From an uncultured delta proteobacterium (lineage in GTDB: Bacteria; Desulfobacterota; Binatia; Binatales; Binataceae), in the NCBI GenBank assembly GCA_963842085.1, contig CAWJET010000001.1, positions 3,072,001 through 3,136,000 of the forward strand: 64,000 bases of DNA. Direction: 5' to 3'. The translations under genes were made by a program, and so were the position numbers. Under the pieces are notes generated by a model. That model ran no database searches. It saw only the letters and a list, made by a program, of their open reading frames with translations, and was not told the origin of the DNA. Shown piece after piece: positions 48,938 to 58,663 of this stretch (its first letter is position 1; each line of letters opens with the position of its first letter).

Positions 48938-49223
48938 GCTCTGGCGTGGCGCTCCTTCGTCGCGCTACGAACCTTTTTCAACAGGATAGTCACGGACCAG
49001 GGGAGATTTCGGACGGCCGCCAAGAGTTGCAGAATGCGGGTTATGGAAATGTCTCCTCTGAACCATGTTCGGCAGAACCGAGAATCAAGAGTTTATTGTA
49101 TCTGCGCGGGCGGTCAACATAAGGCAGGGCCGGCGACTCCGCTCAGAGTTTGTGAGTTTTTCTGATATTCACAAACTACGACGTTCTCCGCGATTGTTCG
49201 CAAGGACTGCTTCGCGATTTCAA

Positions 49224-49301
49224 AACCGGTACCGGCTTCGCTGGCGCGAAGCTCTCCGAGGTCCCTCCTCCCGTCGCTAACGCTTCCGTCGTCGGCATGA
49301 C
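49224..49301 (-). repeat. Diverged, inverted copy of the 46980-47058 repeat
   Basis: Reverse complement GTCATGCCGACGACGGAAGC...GGGACCTCGGAGAGCTTCGCGCCAGCGAAGCCGGTACCGGTT aligns with GTCATCCTGACGATGCGAGC...GGGATCTCGGACAGCTTCGCGCGCCGCGAAACCGGTACCGGTT. Confidence 0.75.
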
Positions 49302-49344
49302 CAACTGTGGCGCGTTGCTGGTTTCATGCTAGAGCATTCCTTTG

Positions 49345-49875
49345 ATGGCGGGCAAAACAAAATCGCGAGCGCCGCGCGCGCGCCTGACGCATCTTGATGA
49401 TCGGGGGCGAATCCGGATGGTCGATGTCGGCGCGAAGCCGGTCACGCGGCGCGAGGCGATCGCGCGCGGCGAGGTCCGGATGGCACCGGCGACATTGCGG
49501 GCGATCGTCGTCGGTAAGCTCAAAAAAGGCGAGGCGCTGGCAGCGGCTCGCCTGGCGGGAATCATGGCGGCGAAACGCACGCATGAGATGATTCCGCTCT
49601 GCCATCAGATCCCGCTCGAAGTCGTCGAAATTGATTTCACGCCGGATCCAGAGAGCTTCTCGATCCAAATCCAGGCTCGCGCCGTGACCGACGCGCGCAC
49701 CGGCGTCGAGATGGAAGCGATGGTCGCGGTGAGTGCGGCAGCGCTGACGATTTACGATATGGCCAAGGCAATCGATCGCGCGATGGAGATCGGGGCGATT
49801 CGACTGGTGGCGAAACGCGGCGGCCGCAGCGGCACTTTCGCCCGCGCCGGCAAGCCGCCATGGCCCTCTCCTTGA
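49345..49875 (+). CDS. moaC: Cyclic pyranopterin monophosphate synthase
   Basis: LTHLD...MVDVG, IPLCH, TGVEMEA and IYDMAKA. Confidence 0.96.
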   Translation: MAGKTKSRAPRARLTHLDDRGRIRMVDVGAKPVTRREAIARGEVRMAPATLRAIVVGKLKKGEALAAARLAGIMAAKRTHEMIPLCHQIPLEVVEIDFTPDPESFSIQIQARAVTDARTGVEMEAMVAVSAAALTIYDMAKAIDRAMEIGAIRLVAKRGGRSGTFARAGKPPWPSP

Positions 49876-51059
49876 ACGCGCCCGAGCTTGCGCGCGTAAT
49901 CCTCAAGCGCGGCAGGGAAGGACCGGTTCGCGGCGGCAATCCGTGGATCTTCTCGCAAGCAATCGAGCGGATTGAACCGCCATCGCCTGAAGCCGGCGCG
50001 CTAGTCACGGTGCATGATGCTTCGGGCGCGCTCCTTGGCATGGGCTACTGCAACCCTGCGACTACGATCGCAATCCGGATGCTTGCATGGGGAGAGGCGC
50101 CCGCAATCGAGGAGTTGGTCGCGCGCCGACTGAAGAGCGCGCTCGAACTGCGCAGGCGGTTCATCGGCGACGATACGAATGCGTACCGCCTCGTCAACGG
50201 CGACGGCGACGGGCTGTCGGGCGTGGTGGTCGATCGGTTCGGCGACGTGCTCGTGGTGCAAATCCTGACCGCGGGCGCCGAGCGGATGCGCGCGACAATC
50301 GTTGCCGCGCTGAACGAGCTGCTTCATCCGCGCTCGATCCTCGAGCGCAGCCACGGCGCAGTGAGAAAGCAGGAAGGGCTTGACGACCGCACTGCGGTTC
50401 TCGCCGGCGAAGTGCTGACGGGGACGATTGCGGTCGAGCGCGGAATCAAGATCAAGCTTGATTTCGAGCACGGACAGAAGACCGGCCATTTTCTGGATCA
50501 ACGCGACAACCGCGCGATGGCCGGCGCGATCGCGTCGGGCGCGCGGGTGCTCGACGCTTTCTGCTACCAGGGCGGATTCTCGCTCGCTGCGCTGGCGGGC
50601 GGCGCCGGCAAGGTCGTCGCGGTCGACACGTCGGCGCGGGCGCTCGAGGTGGCGCGGCAAAATCTCGAACTGAACGAGTATGCCGCGGGCGCCGTCGAGT
50701 TCGTTCACGGCGAAGCCGGCAAGTTGATGTCCGAGACGGCGAATCGCTTCGACCTGATTGTCCTCGACCCGCCGCCGCTGGCGCGCAGCCGTGGGGACGC
50801 GGAGCGCGCGGGACGCCTTTACGTCGAACTCAACTCGGTTGCGATGCGGGCGCTGGCGCCGGGGGGACGGCTGATGACGTTTTCGTGCTCGACGCATTTC
50901 CGCGCCGACGATTTCATCCGCGCCGTGCGATTCGCCGCGTCCAACGCCGGCCGCAATTTCCGGTTGATTGCGCATCTCGGCCCCGGCCCGGACCATCCGG
51001 TGCTGCTCGGTCACGGCGAGGGCGAATACCTGACGGGACTGTTGCTGGCGGAGCTGTAG
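49860..51059 (+). CDS. rlmI: RlmI-like 23S rRNA m5C methyltransferase
   Basis: PUA domain GNPWIF, GQKTGHFLDQRDNR, LDPPP and FSCS. Confidence 0.9.
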   Translation: MALSLNAPELARVILKRGREGPVRGGNPWIFSQAIERIEPPSPEAGALVTVHDASGALLGMGYCNPATTIAIRMLAWGEAPAIEELVARRLKSALELRRRFIGDDTNAYRLVNGDGDGLSGVVVDRFGDVLVVQILTAGAERMRATIVAALNELLHPRSILERSHGAVRKQEGLDDRTAVLAGEVLTGTIAVERGIKIKLDFEHGQKTGHFLDQRDNRAMAGAIASGARVLDAFCYQGGFSLAALAGGAGKVVAVDTSARALEVARQNLELNEYAAGAVEFVHGEAGKLMSETANRFDLIVLDPPPLARSRGDAERAGRLYVELNSVAMRALAPGGRLMTFSCSTHFRADDFIRAVRFAASNAGRNFRLIAHLGPGPDHPVLLGHGEGEYLTGLLLAEL

Positions 51060-51149
51060 TTTTCGGGCCGATTTTCGCGCGCAAAATATGGCTTGCCAAG
51101 CTTGCGGGATTGCTTGAGTATAGAGCAAATTTTTAATGGGATCGGCCGA

Positions 51150-52286
51150 ATGGAGCGAAACCGCCGCGCATACAGCCTAAGCAAGACGCTTTTTGTTCTG
51201 ATCGCGCTCGCGACCTCCGCCTGTCATCGCGAAGTTGCACTGCCGCCGTTGCCGCTTCGCAATATCACGCTGACCGACAAGTTTTTCGATGTATGGCCGA
51301 CCAGCCCGACGCGTGCCTTTATCGTCGGCGATCGGGGCAAGGTGCTACTGACCGAGGACGGCGGCCGCCACTTCAAGCGGATAAACATCGGCACCAACCT
51401 CGGCATCTTCGGAATCCAGATGGCTGACGAGCAGAACGGCTATCTGTGCGGGCAGGACGGGCTCGTAATGAAAACGCGCGACGGCGGCAAGACGTGGGAG
51501 CGTCTCAACTCGCGGACGCACCTGTTCATTTTCGCGCTGTCGTTTCCCGACGCGAATCACGGCTTCCTGGTTGGCGATCGCGCGCTGATGCTGAGCACGA
51601 CCAACGGCGGCGAGAGTTTCATCAAGCGCCAGTTGCAGCGGCTGTTTCCGCCGGACCTGGCCGACTACGCGCTGCCGTACGAGGAGCCGGTGCTTTACAG
51701 TGCGAGCTTCCTCGACGTCGATCACGGCTGGGTAGTCGGCGAGCTGGGGCGAATCTGGGCGACTGAAAATGGCGGCAAGAGCTGGCAGGAGCAGCAGCAA
51801 TCGCTGGTGCCGCAGTGGAAACGTCCGCTGGGACCCAACGACGATCCGCGCTTCGCGGATTTTCTGCTGCCGACTTTTTTCGGTGTCTCGTTCCGCGATC
51901 TAAAGCATGGTGCGGCGTGCGGACTCGAGGGCTGGGTGATTGAGACCGACGACGGCGGCCAGACCTGGCGCTTTGTCCATCAGGCCGACAAGCCGGGCGC
52001 CGCGCCTGACACGCTGGTCCCGGGAGCGATCCAGATTCCGGCGCGCGATCCGCTGTTCTCGATCGATTTGTTCGGCGGCGACCAGGGAATCACCACCGGA
52101 CTGACGGGCACGGTGCTGCGTCTTCAGCCCAACGGCGCGTGGGCGCACGATCCGTCCGTGCCCGCGGTGCCGTTCCCGCTGAGCCAGGCGCGGTTCTTCG
52201 ACGCGCAGCACGGATGGATCGTCGGCTACGGCACCATTCTCTACACCGAGGACGGCGGCAAGACCTGGCGCTTCTGTCAGGGTTGA
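51150..52286 (+). CDS. YCF48/BNR-repeat beta-propeller lipoprotein
   Basis: Lipobox-like TSAC and repeated TxDGGxTW boxes. Confidence 0.85.
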   Translation: MERNRRAYSLSKTLFVLIALATSACHREVALPPLPLRNITLTDKFFDVWPTSPTRAFIVGDRGKVLLTEDGGRHFKRINIGTNLGIFGIQMADEQNGYLCGQDGLVMKTRDGGKTWERLNSRTHLFIFALSFPDANHGFLVGDRALMLSTTNGGESFIKRQLQRLFPPDLADYALPYEEPVLYSASFLDVDHGWVVGELGRIWATENGGKSWQEQQQSLVPQWKRPLGPNDDPRFADFLLPTFFGVSFRDLKHGAACGLEGWVIETDDGGQTWRFVHQADKPGAAPDTLVPGAIQIPARDPLFSIDLFGGDQGITTGLTGTVLRLQPNGAWAHDPSVPAVPFPLSQARFFDAQHGWIVGYGTILYTEDGGKTWRFCQG

Positions 52287-52323
52287 GCGCGAACGCGCGA
52301 GCACGGGGACTTCGGAGAACGCG

Positions 52324-54714
52324 ATGAGCTGGTACCGCTTGGGCCAATGGATTCTGCGCCGGCGCTTTCTGGTGTTGGGCGTGGTCGGCGCGCTCACCGC
52401 ATTTTTCGGCTACTACGCGGCGCAAACCCAGCTGGTCACCAGCTTCGGCGACCTGCTGCCGCAGAATCATCCGTTCATCAAGGTCGCACACAAGTACGAC
52501 CAGTACTTCGGCAGCGTCAACAACGTCACGATTATGATCGAGGCGAAAGAGGGCACGATCTACACTCCCGGGATCATCAAGAAGATCGTGCAGATGACGC
52601 GCGACCTTGATCTGGTTTACGGCATCCAGCACGGCTCGGTGCGCTCGATTGCGACGGCCAGCTATTTTCGCCCGCTGGCCGGCGGCGTGATTCTCAATAC
52701 GCCGGTGCTGCCCAACGGCGAAATTCCCACGATCGCAGGCGAGCTTGAAGAACTCGAGAGCAACGTCCACAAAAATCCCGGGGTGATCTTCGGCCGCTTC
52801 GTCTCGCTCGACGACCGGGCGGCGGTGATCGAGGGCAGCTTCCTGGAATCGCGGCTCGACTACACCCGCATCTTCGATGAGATCAGGCGCATCGTGGTTG
52901 AGCCGGAGCGCGACTCGACGGTGCACATCTACGTCGGCGGGCAGCCGATCCTCTACGGATGGGTGTATCACTACACCCCGGAATTTCTGTGGATCTTTGT
53001 CGCCACGGTGCTGGCGGTCTGGATGCTGCTCTATTTTTATTTCCGCGATTGGCGGGGTGCGCTGCGGCCGACGATCTCCGGCGTCATTTGCGCCATCTGG
53101 GGCCTCGGCTTCATCCGGCTGCTGGGCTTCGGGCTCGATCCGCTGGTGCTGGTCATCCCGTTCCTGATAACGGCTCGCGCGGTGAGCCATTCGGTGCAGA
53201 TGCACGATCGGTACTACGAGGAGTTTTACCGGCTGCGCGACAAGGAAAGGGCCATCCTGTCGTCGTTCTCCGAGCTGTTCGTGCCGTCGCTGTCGGGAAT
53301 TCTGGCCGACGCCTTCGGCGTGCTGATCATCCTGCTGGTACCGGTTCTGTTTCTGCAGAAACTCGCGATCACCGCGAGCTTCTGGATCGCCGCGATCATC
53401 GTGAGCGAGCTGATACTCAATCCGATCGTGTACTACTACCTCGAGCCGCCGCGCATCGAGGTGATCGAGCGGCGCGAGCATGGCCTGTTCAAACGCATGC
53501 TGCAGGCGATGGCCAAATGGATGCTGGAGCGATCGGGGCGCATCGCCACCTTCGCCGCCACGGCAGCGGTGATTGCGCTGTGCGCGTTCTTCTGGACCGG
53601 CCTCAAGGTCGGGGACCCGTCGTCTTCATCGCCCATCCTGTGGCCCAACTCGGCGTACAACCGCTCGATGGCCGCGATCCAGGACGAGTTCGGCGCGATC
53701 GAGCAGTTCGTGGTCGTCGCGGAACTTGCCAAGCGCGACTCGCTCAACGATCCCAGGCTCTACCATGTCATGGACGAGTACGAGCGCTACATGGAGCGCG
53801 ATCCGGCGGTGGGGCGGACCTTCTCGGTGGCCGATCTGCTGTCGAACGGCGGCTCCGCGCTCAGAGAGTTTCAGCCCAAGTGGAACGTGCTGCCGACCAC
53901 CAGGCGCGGTACCGGACAACTGCTCGGCGGATTGCTGGCGGGAGCGTCGCCGCTCTCGACCGCCTACATCATCACGCCGCGCCGCGACGCGACCCAGATG
54001 ACGGTGTATTGCAAGGATCGCCAGGGCGAAAACGTCCAGCGAGTCGTGCTGCGCACGCAGCGATTCTTCGCTGAGCCGCAGCATCATGTGCCCGGCGTCA
54101 CGTTTGCGCTGGCCGCGGGAATAATCGGCGAGCTGGCCGCCGCCAATCAGGAGATCATCGACAATGATGTTTTGCTCAACGTCCTCGCGTTCGCCACGAT
54201 CTACATAATAATCCTGGTTACGTACCGCTCGTTTATGGCGGGACTGTACTTGCTATTCCCCCTGGCGCTGGCCAACGCCGCGATCAACGCCTACATGGGC
54301 GCGCACGACATAGGTATCAACATTAATACTCTGCCGGTAGTCACTGTCGGAGTCGGATTCGGGATTGACTATTCTATTTACGTAGTAAGCCGGATTATCG
54401 AGGAACTTGCCGAGGGCCACGATCTCAAAGAAAGTACCTATACCGCCCTGGTCACTTCGGGAAAGGCCGTCGCCTTCACTGCGCTGACGCTGGTCGCGTC
54501 GGTTCTGTTCTGGTACTGGTCGAGCATCCGCTTCGACGCGGAGATGGGCCTGTTGCTTGCGGTCTGGATGTTCGTTTCGATGCTTGGCGCGATGACGATT
54601 CTGCCGGTCATGATCGTGACTTTCGATCCCGCATTCATCCGGCACGAGAAGAAACGTTTGATCGGATCGAAGGCGCTCGAACTCGAGGGTCATACGGTGG
54701 CCGCATCTTCCTAA
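52324..54714 (+). CDS. MMPL/RND-family transporter
   Basis: Two-repeat RND topology; ARAVSHSVQ, GVGFGIDYSIY and TSGKAV. Confidence 0.9.
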   Translation: MSWYRLGQWILRRRFLVLGVVGALTAFFGYYAAQTQLVTSFGDLLPQNHPFIKVAHKYDQYFGSVNNVTIMIEAKEGTIYTPGIIKKIVQMTRDLDLVYGIQHGSVRSIATASYFRPLAGGVILNTPVLPNGEIPTIAGELEELESNVHKNPGVIFGRFVSLDDRAAVIEGSFLESRLDYTRIFDEIRRIVVEPERDSTVHIYVGGQPILYGWVYHYTPEFLWIFVATVLAVWMLLYFYFRDWRGALRPTISGVICAIWGLGFIRLLGFGLDPLVLVIPFLITARAVSHSVQMHDRYYEEFYRLRDKERAILSSFSELFVPSLSGILADAFGVLIILLVPVLFLQKLAITASFWIAAIIVSELILNPIVYYYLEPPRIEVIERREHGLFKRMLQAMAKWMLERSGRIATFAATAAVIALCAFFWTGLKVGDPSSSSPILWPNSAYNRSMAAIQDEFGAIEQFVVVAELAKRDSLNDPRLYHVMDEYERYMERDPAVGRTFSVADLLSNGGSALREFQPKWNVLPTTRRGTGQLLGGLLAGASPLSTAYIITPRRDATQMTVYCKDRQGENVQRVVLRTQRFFAEPQHHVPGVTFALAAGIIGELAAANQEIIDNDVLLNVLAFATIYIIILVTYRSFMAGLYLLFPLALANAAINAYMGAHDIGININTLPVVTVGVGFGIDYSIYVVSRIIEELAEGHDLKESTYTALVTSGKAVAFTALTLVASVLFWYWSSIRFDAEMGLLLAVWMFVSMLGAMTILPVMIVTFDPAFIRHEKKRLIGSKALELEGHTVAASS

Positions 54715-54752
54715 TCATCGACTCTCGTGGATAATCTGATCCGGTGCCCGCG

Positions 54753-55136
54753 ATGAAACTCCAGCGGCTGGATCATTTCGGTATCGAGGTGGCGGACCTC
54801 GCGCGCGCGGAACGCTTCTATGCGGGCGTCCTCGGCCTTCAAGTGGTCAACCGTTTCGGCGATCAGATCTTGCTCGATTGCGGTGGACAGAATCTTGCGC
54901 TGTTCGAGGTGCCGCGGCCGCCGCTCGACACCGCCGCGCGCCAATCGATCATCGGCCACCCGCTCGGCCGCGGTCATCACGCGTTCAAGGTGAAGGCGAC
55001 CGATTTTGCCGGCGCACGCGAGCGCCTGTCGGCGGCCGGGGTCGAGAGCGCCGCGCCGATCGACTGGGGCGATCACGACTGCATCTACTTTCTTGACCCC
55101 GACGGCAATCTGCTCGAGATGGTGAGTTACCGCTGA
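54753..55136 (+). CDS. VOC (glyoxalase) family protein
   Basis: LDHFGIEVADL, HHAF and YFLDPDGNLLE. Confidence 0.88.
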   Translation: MKLQRLDHFGIEVADLARAERFYAGVLGLQVVNRFGDQILLDCGGQNLALFEVPRPPLDTAARQSIIGHPLGRGHHAFKVKATDFAGARERLSAAGVESAAPIDWGDHDCIYFLDPDGNLLEMVSYR

Positions 55137-55149
55137 ATGCCGGGCTGAA

Positions 55150-56127
55150 ATGCCGCGCGTGCCTGGTTCGTCGCCAATGAACTCGGGCCCCATGATCCGC
55201 GCGGAGGATCTGCGCAAGCGCTACGGCCAGCGCGTCGCGCTCGACGGCGTATCGTTCGCTGTGAACGCCGGTGAGATCGTCGGCCTGCTCGGGCCCAACG
55301 GCGCCGGCAAGACCACCACCCTCTCGATCCTGTCGGGCGTGATCGCCCCGGACTCCGGCCACGCCTCGATTGCGGCGCACGACCTCGCCACCGAGCCGCG
55401 CCTGGCGCGCAGAAGCCTCGGCTTGGTGCCGCAATCGCTCGCGCTGTACCCCACGCTGACCGCGCTGGAAAACCTGCTGTTCTTCGGACGGATGCAGGGG
55501 ATGGCTGCGCGCGACGCGCTCAGCCGCGCCCGCAGTCTGCTCGACGAAGTCGGCCTGGGCGATCGCGCCGGCGACGTGGTAAACGAATTTTCCGGCGGCA
55601 TGATGCGCCGGCTGAACATCGCGTGCGGAATGATGCACTCCCCGGCGGCGATCATGCTCGACGAGCCAACCGTCGGCGTCGATCCGCAATCGCGCGGACG
55701 CATCTTTGCCGTGGTCGAGGCGGCCGCGCAAGCCGGCGGCGCCATCCTCTACAGCACGCACTACATGGAAGAAGCCGAACGGCTGTGCGATCGGATCGTG
55801 CTGATCGATCACGGGAAAATAGTTGCGCAGGGCACTGACCGGGAGCTGATCGCATTGGCGGGAAGCGAGCCGCGGATCGAAATCATGACGAAAAAAGCGC
55901 TCCCGCGCGGATGGTCCGACGGCATCGCGGGCGTCAGCGAACTGCCGTGGGAAGTCATCGACGGCTTTGCGGCCGCGGCCACGCTGCGCACACTCGAGCA
56001 GGTGCCCGACGTAATTAGCCGGGCCGCCAAGGCCGGCGACGAGGTCATCGAATTCCACGTCCATCGCCCCAATCTCCAGGACGCATTCCTGAGACTCACC
56101 GGCCATGCGCTGCGCGACACACCATGA
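55150..56127 (+). CDS. ABC-2 type exporter ATP-binding subunit
   Basis: GPNGAGKTT, FSGGMMRR, DEPTVGVDPQSR and STHYMEEAE. Start codon uncertain. Confidence 0.92.
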   Translation: MPRVPGSSPMNSGPMIRAEDLRKRYGQRVALDGVSFAVNAGEIVGLLGPNGAGKTTTLSILSGVIAPDSGHASIAAHDLATEPRLARRSLGLVPQSLALYPTLTALENLLFFGRMQGMAARDALSRARSLLDEVGLGDRAGDVVNEFSGGMMRRLNIACGMMHSPAAIMLDEPTVGVDPQSRGRIFAVVEAAAQAGGAILYSTHYMEEAERLCDRIVLIDHGKIVAQGTDRELIALAGSEPRIEIMTKKALPRGWSDGIAGVSELPWEVIDGFAAAATLRTLEQVPDVISRAAKAGDEVIEFHVHRPNLQDAFLRLTGHALRDTP

Positions 56128-56173
56128 ACCTCACGCGTTGCACGACTGACGGCCGGGTTTTGCCGAGGCGCTG

Positions 56174-57901
56174 ATGACGCTGCTGGCGGTGTGGCTGACG
56201 ATCGGCAAGGAATTCCTGCTTATCCGGCGCGATCGGGTCGGCCTGTTCATGCTGCTGGTCGCGCCAATTGCGGTCATCGCGGCCGCCGGTTTCTCGCTGG
56301 CGAAAGTGTACGGCGGTCGAAGAGCGCCGCGCGGTGAATATGCGGTGGCGGTTGTCGACGAAGACCACGGCGCCGTCGCGCGCGCCATCCTCGACGCGCT
56401 CGCGCATCGGCGGGAGCTCTCCGTCATTCACTGTGTGAGCCGCGCCGACGCTGAGCAGACTGTGCGCGAGCGAAAACTGGCGGTGGTTGGAATAGTCATT
56501 CCGCCCGGAACGACCGATGCGATCGAACACGGCCGCGGCGCGCAGCTCATTCTCTACACGGATCCGGTCAAGTACCTGCAGAGCGTAAAGATCGAGCTGG
56601 CGCTTTCGGAGTTGTGCAGCAAGGTCAGCGCCGGCGCGGCCGCCCAGGCGCGCAGTCAAACCGCCGAACGAACCCGCGACTTTACCCGCCAGCTCGAACA
56701 GGCGCGCGCATCCGCCGCGCAGGCGCGGACCGAAGCCGCTCGCCTGGCGACGGAAGCCGAGGCGTCGCGCGCTGCGCTCGCGCCGCGCATTCACGCGCGC
56801 ATCGAGACCGCCTTGACCGCTGCGCGCGATCAAACCCGGCGCGCGCTCGACACCGAGTTGGATCGCATCCAGCGCAAGCTCGACGCCGACACCGCTGCGC
56901 AGCAGGCGAAGCTGGACGCGCTCAAGGATTATCTGAACCGCCTCGAAATAGCGCGCGGGCGCTTCGAGACCTGGTTCGCGCAACTGCAGCAACTCGCCGG
57001 CAGCCATGCCGCCGACATCCCGGCGCCGCCGGCCATCCCGAGCTTGCCGCCCGATCTGGATCTCGGAGCGATCAAACTGCAACCCGCCGCGGAGCTCAAG
57101 GACGCCCGGGCCGGGCTCGAAAACGCGCTCACGATTCCGCCGATCGATCTCAGTCTGCCCGCGCTGCCGGCGATGCCAAAAATTCCGCCGGTCAAAATTC
57201 CCAGCATTCCCGCGATCGATGCGAGCCTCGCGATTCCGGGCACGCTCGGACTCACCGAGGTCGATTCGAGCGGCAGGGAAATCGGCGCAGTCGCCGGATT
57301 CAACGCGTTCGATCTCCAGGTGCCGGGGTTCGCGGTAACCTTTCTTTTGATCGGGATGCTGATGGGCGTGTCGCTGGCGCTGATCGATGAGCAGGATTGG
57401 GGCACGCTCGAACGCTTGCGCTCGGCGGCGGCGCCGCTGTGGACCACGCTTACCGGAAAGTTGCTCGCCCGCTTCGTCGTCGGCTTCATCCAGATGGCGG
57501 TGCTGTTCGCGGCCGGCTACGTGCTGTTCGGAATTTCGCTCGGCCGCACGCCGGTGGCGCTGGTGATGCCGGCCGCGGCGATCGCTTTCGCCGGCGCGGC
57601 ATTCGGCTTGATCGTGGCCGGGGTGGGGCGGACGCGCGATGCGGTTCTGCCCGTGGGTGCAATCGTGATCATGACGATGGCGGCGATTGGCGGCTGCTGG
57701 TGGCCAATCGACTTCGAACCCGCCTGGATGCAGCATCTTGCGCTCGCGTTGCCGACCACGTGGGCGATGCGCGCGTTCAACGACTTGATGATTCGCAACC
57801 TGGCCGCCTCGAGCGCGTTGTTTCCGGCCGCTGTCAATTTCGGATTCGGAATTCTTTATACCGTTATTGGGGTCGCGATCGCGCGCCGCCGTTTCGGCTG
57901 A
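56174..57901 (+). CDS. ABC-2 permease with a long coiled-coil and Pro-rich insertion
   Basis: KEFLLIRRD...VVDED N-terminus; GTLERL, GGCWWP and PTTWAM C-terminus; helical insert between them. Confidence 0.85.
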   Translation: MTLLAVWLTIGKEFLLIRRDRVGLFMLLVAPIAVIAAAGFSLAKVYGGRRAPRGEYAVAVVDEDHGAVARAILDALAHRRELSVIHCVSRADAEQTVRERKLAVVGIVIPPGTTDAIEHGRGAQLILYTDPVKYLQSVKIELALSELCSKVSAGAAAQARSQTAERTRDFTRQLEQARASAAQARTEAARLATEAEASRAALAPRIHARIETALTAARDQTRRALDTELDRIQRKLDADTAAQQAKLDALKDYLNRLEIARGRFETWFAQLQQLAGSHAADIPAPPAIPSLPPDLDLGAIKLQPAAELKDARAGLENALTIPPIDLSLPALPAMPKIPPVKIPSIPAIDASLAIPGTLGLTEVDSSGREIGAVAGFNAFDLQVPGFAVTFLLIGMLMGVSLALIDEQDWGTLERLRSAAAPLWTTLTGKLLARFVVGFIQMAVLFAAGYVLFGISLGRTPVALVMPAAAIAFAGAAFGLIVAGVGRTRDAVLPVGAIVIMTMAAIGGCWWPIDFEPAWMQHLALALPTTWAMRAFNDLMIRNLAASSALFPAAVNFGFGILYTVIGVAIARRRFG

Positions 57902-57921
57902 GAGATGGAGCACTCGCCAAA

Positions 57922-58611
57922 TTGACAAAATCCGCCAATGAATTTCGCGGCGTCCTCCGGCACGCCTTGATTGCGCTCGGCGGCGCACTCGCGCTGATGG
58001 TCTTCGCGCCGCACGCGGCCGGCGCGGCCACGATGCGGTTCAAGGTCGACGCCGACCGCAGCACGGTGAGCGTAGCGGTCGCGGAGCCGGCCGCCTTCAT
58101 CCGCGGCAGCGCCATCGGCACGTTCCGGATAATCGACGGCGCGGTGAGCGGCGACCCCGCCAACATCCCGGGCACCGCCAAGGTGCGAATCCTGATCGAC
58201 GCCGGCAGCTACAGCAGCGACAGTGCGACGCGCGATCGAGTAGTTACCGAAAAATCGCTCGAGGCGGACAAATATCCGACCGTCGGGTTCGAGAGCAGCA
58301 GCGTCGTCGGGGTCGTGATGACCGGTCCCCGGGAAGGCACCGCGATCGTGACCGGATTCCTGACCCTCCACGGCGAAACGCATGCCATGACCATGACTGT
58401 CCACGCGACGCTCGGCGCGGACGGCGTGTTCACAGGTGACGGTGAAGTTAAATTCAACTACGACGAGTTCGGCGTCAAAGTTCCCGGCCTTCTGTTTGGC
58501 GCGATTCTGGCCGGCGACGAGGCGACGGTTCGCTTTCGCATCGTCGCGGTCAACGCCGCCGCGCCCGCTCCGAACGCGGCTCCCTCCGCGGCAGGCGCGC
58601 CACCGCATTGA
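57922..58611 (+). CDS. YceI family lipid/polyisoprenoid-binding protein
   Basis: Signal peptide; VDADRSTV, RD...LEADKYPTVGF and GFLTLHGET. TTG start inferred. Confidence 0.8.
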   Translation: MTKSANEFRGVLRHALIALGGALALMVFAPHAAGAATMRFKVDADRSTVSVAVAEPAAFIRGSAIGTFRIIDGAVSGDPANIPGTAKVRILIDAGSYSSDSATRDRVVTEKSLEADKYPTVGFESSSVVGVVMTGPREGTAIVTGFLTLHGETHAMTMTVHATLGADGVFTGDGEVKFNYDEFGVKVPGLLFGAILAGDEATVRFRIVAVNAAAPAPNAAPSAAGAPPH

Positions 58612-58663
58612 CGGCGGTAAAGGCGGTTGTCCGCGAGGCGGTCCATCAACTAGAAGCTTGAGC

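Noticed and set aside
49240-49340. Moco riboswitch upstream of moaC
   Set aside because: The CTCCGAG and CCTCCCG words lie inside a repeat copy homologous to 46980-47058, and the multi-stem Moco layout is absent.
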